NCBI GenBank assembly: GCA_012295275.1
Contig: CM022671.1
Span: 19,282,001-19,346,000 of the forward strand
Origin: Chrysomallon squamiferum
Taxonomy: Eukaryota > Animalia > Mollusca
Length of the DNA stretch: 64,000 nt
Direction of reading: 5' to 3'
The translations under genes and the position numbers were made by a program. A model generated the notes under the pieces. The model ran no database searches. It was not told where the DNA came from and saw only the letters and a list, made by a program, of their open reading frames with translations. Each line of letters begins with the position of its first letter. Within the stretch, counting starts at the first letter, position 1. Below, piece after piece: positions 55,097 to 64,000 of this stretch.

Positions 55097-58000
55097 CTAT
55101 GAATAAAGATATATTTGGAGTTCTACATAATCAGAAAAGTTAATTTAACTACATGTCAAAGAAATATTTTGTTAATAAAATCCATTGTACAATTTCTTCC
55201 AAGCCAGCAGCTAATACAGTGGCATATAATAGAAATGGAATATTGAAATTTCTGTCTCACTCTGTTATCTGTAGATGGAAATATTATGTGAAGGCTATAG
55301 TAACCAATATGAAATAATGGTGGTTATTTTAAATAAATGTGTGAATTTTATAATGAGGTAAAATTGACATACCACAGTAAAACAGTACCATATATTTTAT
55401 GAGATAACTTGTTTACCAATAATAGGATACTGGCTATGAGAGACTATGCTTATGTCAGATGAAATAGTTTTTTTTAATGTTATCTATAAATATTACATTA
55501 GTGAACTGACACATTCAAACAACTAAGCAAAGCACCATGTTATAAGTAATATATAAACTGTAAATTTCAACACCAAACTGAGTTAGTACAACAATAAAAC
55601 ATATTTTCTGAAATGCTATGTTATTATTATTATTTTTTAAATGAAATAAATAAATAATAAAATTGAATCTGAATTCATGCTAAGAAAGACATGCAGAATC
55701 AATAAAATTAAGCAAAAAATATCTCAAAACTAGTAAAGTTAATATGTTTTCAACAAATCACAGCTGAAATTATTATTTGTTTTTTCATTATGCAATAAAA
55801 ACAACCTAAATTATAAGAAGTCTTTAAAAATGTTTTCTTCTTTTTAGAAGTAGAATTCATTTGTAGCAGCCAGTTAGATATTTCATAAATCATACATATC
55901 TTGGAAACATGTAAAATCAACAACTGACCAAGCTGTTTTTATTATACAGTTTGGCAAATATTTTTTTTTTACACCTGACACAGTATCTACAAATCAATAT
56001 AAAGTTCAGTACTTTTTATAATTGTTGGAAATTGCTAAATATTTCACATGATTCATAGTAATTACAAAACAATTCAAGGTTCTCTACATTCTGTATTTTG
56101 AGCATATCATTTATTACAGTGAGAATAAAACTGGCAAAACATAAAGGGACACAATCACTGCCTGACACATTTAGCGTTGGTTACTTACAACTCATTGACT
56201 GAGCTTACTAACTTTTGTGCAAAAGATATATTTTAGTGTTATGGACATGTAAGATGTTACTGTTTAGTTCTTCTTATTGTAGGTTTCTACTGAATATGAC
56301 AGATTCATAGTTTGTCACACAACAACAACATATCTTAAGATGAGAAAGTATCTAAATTCATTCTCTGTTTACAATTATATAAAAAACTGAGGGCAATTTT
56401 ATTTCAGTCTCTTTTTTATTTGAGAAAAATGCATGAGGTTCTTACTTCAGCTGTGATAGTTAACAAATTCGTAGTGGAAGTTGAAAACTGTATGCACAAA
56501 AATTCATTTTTTTTTTACCTACTGAAAATACGAAAATAAAGTGTGCAAAAATGATGCCAAATTTACACATATCATTCCACACCATGTTATACATCATTAC
56601 AACATTTGTACCCAAGAGATGAGAAACTCTGAAACACAAACAAAATGTTATCATAAAATTTTCAGGAACTTTTAGTCAGTTGTATAGTAAGAAATAAAAT
56701 TAACTATTAAACAAAATAATAAAAAGTTGCAGTGCTAGTCTCCTTATATTTTGTGTAGATCTAATGCATTAGCATATCAGTTCTTTTTTTCTTTTCTTAT
56801 TTAAAATTTTTTTCTTCTTCTTCTTGTTTTTTTTTTTTTTTTTTTTTTTAAATTATATTAACTGTAAAATTTAAGAAATACTGGATGCTTAATTCTATTT
56901 ATTAATTTTGTTTTTATGCTTTCTACATTTACATCATCAAAATGAACTCTGTAAAATGTTTTTAACATACAACTAATATAATTGTGATATAAAATACCTG
57001 GAACTACAAAAGTATGAAAATATGGCATTTAGCTTCACATAAAAATAACATAACATAAAATCATATTTTGTATACTATATTTTTTCTTCAAGCAATTATT
57101 AGTCAATCAACTGACTTGAACACTATGAACTTTGAAAAAGTAAATCTTTAACACAGTAGAAAAATTCTAAATATCTAATACATATCAATTTTAAACATGA
57201 AAAATTCATTAATAAACAACTGTGTGAAACCTACCTGGCAAAGAAAAGCAAGAAAAACCATGATCCAGGAACAGCAAATATTAATAAGACATCTTCTACA
57301 CTGTCCCAGCGAAGAAACCTAAATGGAATGCATGCTAATATGCCCAAGCAAGAGAACATGTACACTGTCTGTGCTGGTGCATGCATCTGAAAATATTTTA
57401 AAAAAAGAAGAAATTAAATAAATAAAAACATAAAAAAGATCAAGAGAGAAAACTGCAAAATGAGTCTTAATTTTTAAAATGAAATGTCTCCTAAATAGAG
57501 AAAAATAAACATTTCCTGTGCTATATTTTATTTCCTTTTACTCTAGAAACAAACAAATTATTTAACACTCATGTTTAAATGTACTCTTTCAACTCTTTTT
57601 TAACTTCTTTTTTCTACCTTTTCATTCTTATTGAGTGCATTTCAAAACTTACACTATTTTTGGCAAATCCTTTCAAACCAAGAAAGAAAATTTCTTTTAA
57701 TTCTATGAGAAGAACCACAGCACAGGCTATACAGACCATGATTTCTGCTATATATCGTATCTACAGATAGAAAAAAAAAAACATTCATGAACATGAAGAT
57801 AAATATTACAGTATTTAAAATTAAATAGTTTGAGATACAGCGGTTATACAAAAATAGAAAACATTTTAACAAATCATGTTTTGTTTTGCATGATTCATTC
57901 CTCATATGGTTATGTTACAGGCTGAGGCTGTTTAAATGTTTTATATACTACAAATTTTATTGAATTTTTATAAGTTATAATAAATTTATTGAAAGTTATA

Positions 58001-60231
58001 AATTAGTTTTAAATAATGTTATTTTTGTATTTATAAAAATTGGATGAGAAAATATAATTAAATCCACTTGGAAGAAAAATGGCTTTTCTGAAGATTTAAG
58101 TTACAGTAAAATCAAATTATCTCATTCAAAAAGCCACAGTAAATAATTGAATAAGCTTGTGGATTTAAAATTATAAACAACAAGACACATTCACTGATTA
58201 AGTGGAAAACATGGTTATAAATATGTATTAAAAATAACTTTGCTAAACAACAAAATATATATATTAAGATTAACTTACAGCATCACTGATGCCATTATAA
58301 CCCAACAACTGTGTTCCTGCAGGACGTAGGTAAACGGCAACACTAATCAGTATGAGGTGAAACAAAGCTATGACAAGTCGAAATATGAAGCGTGTCTGAA
58401 ATACACATTAAAATAAAAATTATTTGCTTTTATGGAATTATTATTTTTCTGAAACCATTTCCAACTGAAACAAAAAAACAAAAATAAAACATGAAAATAA
58501 AAATTGTAATAGATACCAAGTTTAAGATCCAGTACAAATTTTTTCAGAAATGTTATCAGTAATTATACACAAATTATCAGTCCATTCATATATCTTGTCT
58601 GTTGCTAATTATCAGTATGTAAATTATTATTAATTTTGTATCTATATATAGAAAATAAAACATTTAATAAATTTATTACCCGAGCAAATGTTTTCCATTT
58701 TTCATCCAATAACTGTCTCATGACTCCACCTTCCAACATCTCAAGATGGTCATCGGTTTCACCATTAACAATGATCATAAGAGAAGAACTCCAGTCTGAA
58801 TGAAGTAAAAAAAAAAAATAATAAAAAAAAAAATAATAATAATAATAATAATAAAAAAAAGTTAAAAAAGAGGAATATTTTAAATTCTGTGTTCCAAAAC
58901 ACTAAAAATCCATTTTCTTTGTTTTGAGAAAAATGATTATTTTTGATTTGGAGAAATGATAGCAACAAAAGCTTTTTTTTCTTCTGTTTTAATCTTTACT
59001 AAATAACTATTAAATCATAACAAAAAAAATCAATTAATTATTTTTTTTCCAGATGCTAGATATACAGGCTACTGGGTTTTTTTCCAAAGTGCTACATATC
59101 CATTTGTGATATTCTTTTAACATGGACAAATCAGACCCCAGAATGATTTTTATCAAAGAATACAGTGTAAATGCATCCAGTCTGTACATACAAGAACTGT
59201 CTTTATCCTATTTGCATTAAAACTATGCTGAACCATGTGTGCAGACCACATCTGTGAATAGACCACTCAGTAAAGAATCTGTCTAGAGCATAGTGACCAC
59301 CTTGTTAAATAGACCACCAATCAGAAAGCAGTATATAATGACTTTTCTCCTGCAGATTATTTGCATCAACCAGACACAGAGGACAGTAACTGACATAAAG
59401 ACCATCCTTGTGAAGAGAACACCCAATAGAGACACTACCTCATTGCAGCGACCAGCTCAGTAAAAAGACAACCTCAGTAGAAGCAAACTATGTTTCATTC
59501 CCTCATTAGAAACTACCACTAATTCAATGGCTCCATTGAAATAGTTCATTATTAATGGTTAATATGGCCCAAAATAACACGAAACAACAAGCAATTTTGT
59601 TAGATCATTGGATGACATCACGGTAATAGTGACCAGTAATTGTTTGAGCATATACTGCAGTTTGTGTAAAACTGCTTGGCGCTTATCACATTATGGAATG
59701 AAGGTCTATAGTTTACTGCATAGATCAGTAATGGATATCTCATTTTGGGGAAAATGGACCTGGGACATTGAACTGCCATCAAATACTGAACTTTTGGTGT
59801 TTTTATTTTTTATTTTTTATTCGGCTTTTATGGTGTTTTGGAACTAAAATCTTCATTCTTAAAATTAACGTCCATTCTCGTCTAAACAGAATGATAGACT
59901 TCAAAGCAGATACCAAAAGAGTTATTACAACCACTGACGATGATTAGATGTTCATGGTGAGGAATAAAAGGCACAAATTTCCATGCACAAATAGCTGAAT
60001 GGATTATCTATCCTTTGATTATCATGATCATCAAAAAAATAACAGTAATCTAATCTGTTCTTGAATATGTGTTTTTCTTTCTGGTTTTGGTAATTAATAA
60101 TATATATTTTTTTAATGTTATTTGAAATCTGTACAAACAATTTATTAGTGAAGATGTTTCAAAGTTGCTATTTATTTACTTATACTCTTGTGTGAATTAT
60201 ATGCATTTTAGAGCAAAAAAACCACCAAAAC

Positions 60232-60290
<59 letters not shown>

Positions 60291-61051
60291 AAACACAAAA
60301 ATAATGCACCACAACAACTCTGTGTATTAATTAATGAATTGACCATAAGACAACTTGTTTACTTAGCACGATGCTTGCAGTGAAAAGGCAACAAGCTAAT
60401 TGTGTCATACAATGACTGTGTAATAACTGTGAATGCTAACCAGGTTTTTCATAATGCCATTTTATTGTTGTGAAAACAACATGCTACAAGTTCTACATAT
60501 ATTATTCACTGACATTATTCAATGATGCACTTGAGAAATTCAGCCGATGGAACAAAGTTGCAATGAAACAAAAGTTCACTAGCTGATATGGCAATCAATT
60601 TAAAAAAACAACAAAGGTTTCCATGTGGACTTGAGGATAAGTGTGCTAAAGCCCATTCATTCTCACTGGATTATCAATTGTTTTGACTCAATTAAGAAAG
60701 ACACAGAGGGTAACAAATGGGGTTGGATTAAAGCAGGCTTGCTTGATGTGGTGTAAAATTGAAAGAATGCATCTGAGATGTGCTAACTCTGCGAATCTGA
60801 ACCAAAACACTTTGTAATTGGTATGTGAATGTGTTTAAACATTACTGTGTTAATGAATTGCTTGAGATAATTATTAAGTGAAATAAAACTGCTATTGTTT
60901 GTATATATATAATAAAAAAGCACTAAACAATAATGTAGGAAGGAAAACTAGGGAAAAGAAACAAAACAAAAACAATGTGAAAGCACAATTAAAACAAAAT
61001 TAATAATTGTTTAGCAAGGAAAAATTGTACCAGAAAATAAACAAACAAACA

Positions 61052-61092
<41 letters not shown>

Positions 61093-62282
61093 AACAAAAC
61101 AAATAAAACAATAACAACAACATCATCAGCAACAATAAAAAAAAAAAAAAAAAAAAATCAAATATTATTTCATACTTGTTTCCCCATTTGGGTTAATTGA
61201 ATCCAAGGTGGTTAAAGGATATGCTGAGCAGTACACATTACTATAGGACCAAAACTCCTGAAAATATTTTTAAAAAAATGCAATTATTTCACAAAATTGA
61301 CTAAATGCATACATTTCCATTATCTATTTAATAAATTAATATATATAACAGATTTATAAGTTTCCTAGTATGTCTGAACTGACAAATGAATAAAATCTTA
61401 TAATATTCAAAATTAGTTCTTATAATTAAAATTTTAACTGTGCTTGTTATTATTATTTCTTAATTGATTTATTTTAATTAAAACACCCTTATATTTTACA
61501 AATAAAAACACCAAGTTATACTTGTATTTTTTTGACAGAAACACCATGTTATACTTTCTTATTATTAATAACTAAAAGATTGACAATGTATATTGTGTTA
61601 CTCTAAGTTTTAAAAATACTAACAATGCATAATCTAATGTATTACTTTTTATTACTAATTAAATCACTATCATTATTTTTATAAATGTATTGTTTTGTAA
61701 TTAAAACACTAACTATGCTACTTAGTTCAAGAATCTCTTTAAAGATGACACGCCTGCCTAGTTTGGTGGCCAGGGTAACTGGAGTTAGTCCCATATTATT
61801 TTGTATGTCTGTCTTGGCAGGCTTCTTTTTGTGCTGTACAGCATACTTGTACATTTGCTGTGAATTGACAATAAACAGGTAATTCAAATTACTCTCAATA
61901 TTCTATTACAATAAATACTGAAACAATCATATTTAATCAAAATCAAAACAAAAACAAAAAAAATCAAAAAAAAAGAATAATCAATAAATAACAAACAATA
62001 AAAAAACAAAAAAAAAACGTGTAAAAAAAATTCTTTGAGAAATGTCTTTAAAAAGTGTTTACTAATTATCAAAAAAAACCCAGAACAACTGAAAAAAGAG
62101 AAAAAAAATCATAGTAATATTACTAACAGGCTGGTTGTGTATGACAGTCATGTGAAGAACTGTATTTCCAAAAGAATCCTTCTCATCGGGGTTGGCACCT
62201 TTCTCAATAAGATAGTCATAGATCTCTTGATAGTTAAAACATGCAGCAAATGCAAGAGGATATTCTCCATAATATGCATCTC
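51890..62282 (-). CDS. iav: TRPV cation channel, Inactive/OSM-9 clade; 3' part (N-terminal ankyrin exons not found, presumably beyond the window end)
   Basis: Exons 62128-62282, 61714-61857, 61176-61257, 58680-58795, 58279-58395, 57653-57760, 57235-57386, 54592-54701, 54134-54246, 53450-53611, 52919-53101, 51890-52552. Motifs: [65 protein letters not shown], pore [28 protein letters not shown]. Confidence 0.9.
56519..56628 (-). CDS. Alternative (mutually exclusive) TRPV exon for the S4-S5 linker/S5
   Basis: 110 nt with the same length and phases (2->1) as exon 54592-54701. Open frame [38 protein letters not shown]; intact tttcag acceptor and TAG|GTAAAA donor. Confidence 0.75.
59235..59525. 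repeat. Degenerate internal repeats (agaccac...), probable MITE remnant in a TRPV intron
   Basis: Repeated gaccac/gaccactcagtaaa motifs at ~25-bp spacing; no clean TIR pair identified. Confidence 0.4.
60236..60286. repeat. (TA)n microsatellite
   Basis: Direct inspection; similar tracts at ~30290-30323 and ~41236-41289. Confidence 0.95.
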
Positions 62283-64000
62283 CTACAACACATTACAAAA
62301 AAAAAAAAAAAAAAATTAAATAATAATAATAATAATAATAAAAAAGTATTTATGTCTTTTAAGAATGAACCAAACAACAATTACTGTTTTTGAAAAGGAA
62401 GAAATGTTTTATATAAGGAGAAAATAAATGTAATGTAATGTAACAAAAGTTCATCAAATTTTTTTTAAATGTTGTACAGAAAGTGAGACATGAAAGTCAC
62501 TACCACAGTAAGATGGGGTTTTCTTTTTATGATATCAGGGATTTATTATAATTATGCACCTTCCTATGAAACAGCCTGTGTCACACCACTCTTAACAAGT
62601 TCAAATATATTGTGAAAGATTTAACAATGTGGTGATATCAACAAAAGAACTAAGGACTTTTTATATAGATAAGCATCTAAATGTTTTATTTATTTCTAGC
62701 ACAAAGTTTATATTAATAACATAACAAATTCTTGAGTATGTACAATGGCTAATATTTTCTCTTACTTTAACTTTTTCACAATAAGAAGTCTTATTTATAA
62801 TAATAATAAAATATAATAATGAAGAAATAATTCATTTCTAAATAGGTGTATCCTCAAAGAGGAATTTTTATATCATCTCTGAACAAAATAAAGAGATCAT
62901 TTCATTCTCTTTTTTTATCTATTTTATCATTTTGCCAGAGGTATATTTTAAAAAAGAAAAAAAACCCCAAAACACCTAATTTCAGAATTTAACATTTTTA
63001 AACAGATAAATGCAAATAACTGCACTATTCTTAATATTATATTATTCTCTAAATAAATGTGCATGGAAAATCGAAAGACATCGATAATAACAAATTGTTC
63101 TAAATCCACGTCCATTAATCTGGAAAACTAAGTGAGGCCTATGTTTACATAGTAATCAGTTTAACAATTATGAACCATTTACAACAACACTGGTGACTGT
63201 AACCAGTAATGACAAATGAAATTTTCAACTGACAGTGTTGATACAGTTTCTATGGAGACTATCAACAATCACAGCTTTACATTCCTTGGGCACCATAAAG
63301 CATTTGAAAAATGGACAAATTCAGGTATCATTCATGTTGTTCTGACATTTAGTATGGAACAAATCTGGTATTCCAAGCAAACAAAAAGAAACAAATTCAC
63401 AGTAATTATAGCCTAATAAATAAATATGTAAAAAATCTGTACCCAGAAATAAGCATAAGACAAGTTAACAATCTGAAAAACAGTGATAAATCTAGTTTAA
63501 TTAAAACCTTTACATAATATGAAATAATCGTACGTCTCTGAAGGCTTACTGGTAATAAACAATATATTACATTGTTTTGTAATGGTTGTATGCTGAGGTA
63601 TCAGTTCAATTACTGTTTCCATGTTCATGCCAAGTGCATTTACTGAATTTAATTTTAATAATAATGTAGTGGAGTGGACGTTATGACATCAGACATGCAT
63701 TTATCTCCAGGGACTTACTATTCTACTTCTGCAGTAAAGAGAAAACCTATTTATTTTCCAAAATGAATGGGAAAATAATGGAATAATAATAATAATTTAA
63801 AAAAAAAAAAAAAATGGGTGTGTAAAATATAAAAAGTTAGTTGTCTTCTCAAGAAAAACATGTATGTACTTTAAAATTTAACAGATTCAAAATATTATAA
63901 CATCAGCCAAAAACAAAAATCACTTGAAAATAATAATTATATATTTATTGTTTTTATTCAATATATTTCCCATAAGGAAACAAATGTGGGGGTAATTAAT

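Overview
Very AT-rich, intron- and microsatellite-rich eukaryotic DNA from an invertebrate animal (spiralian-like; species not determinable). Manual splicing gives five genes. (1) The 5' part of a minus-strand zinc-finger gene with an E2F/NF-Y-type promoter. (2) A tiny minus-strand 3-coding-exon gene that the ORF track misses. It encodes a ~79-aa protein ending ...CNSPGG-UGA-G-stop, followed by a UGA-proximal stem-loop, a type-II SECIS-like hairpin and a polyA signal. This is a candidate selenoprotein with a SELENOS/SELENOK-like GGUG tail but no transmembrane segment, and is the most notable finding. (3) GRAMD4 on the plus strand, head-to-head with gene 2, with a GC-AG intron and a 27-nt LIR-like microexon. 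(4) A short, apparently ATD-less ionotropic glutamate receptor with an altered SYTANLAAF gate, two possible C-tails and upstream RFX X-box-like motifs. (5) The 3' part of an Inactive/OSM-9-type TRPV channel with duplicated, frame-locked mutually exclusive exons for the S4-S5 linker/S5. Also present: a Tigger-like transposon relic, two identical retroposon-like 3' ends, and several tandem repeats. All gene models were spliced by eye; no database searches were run.
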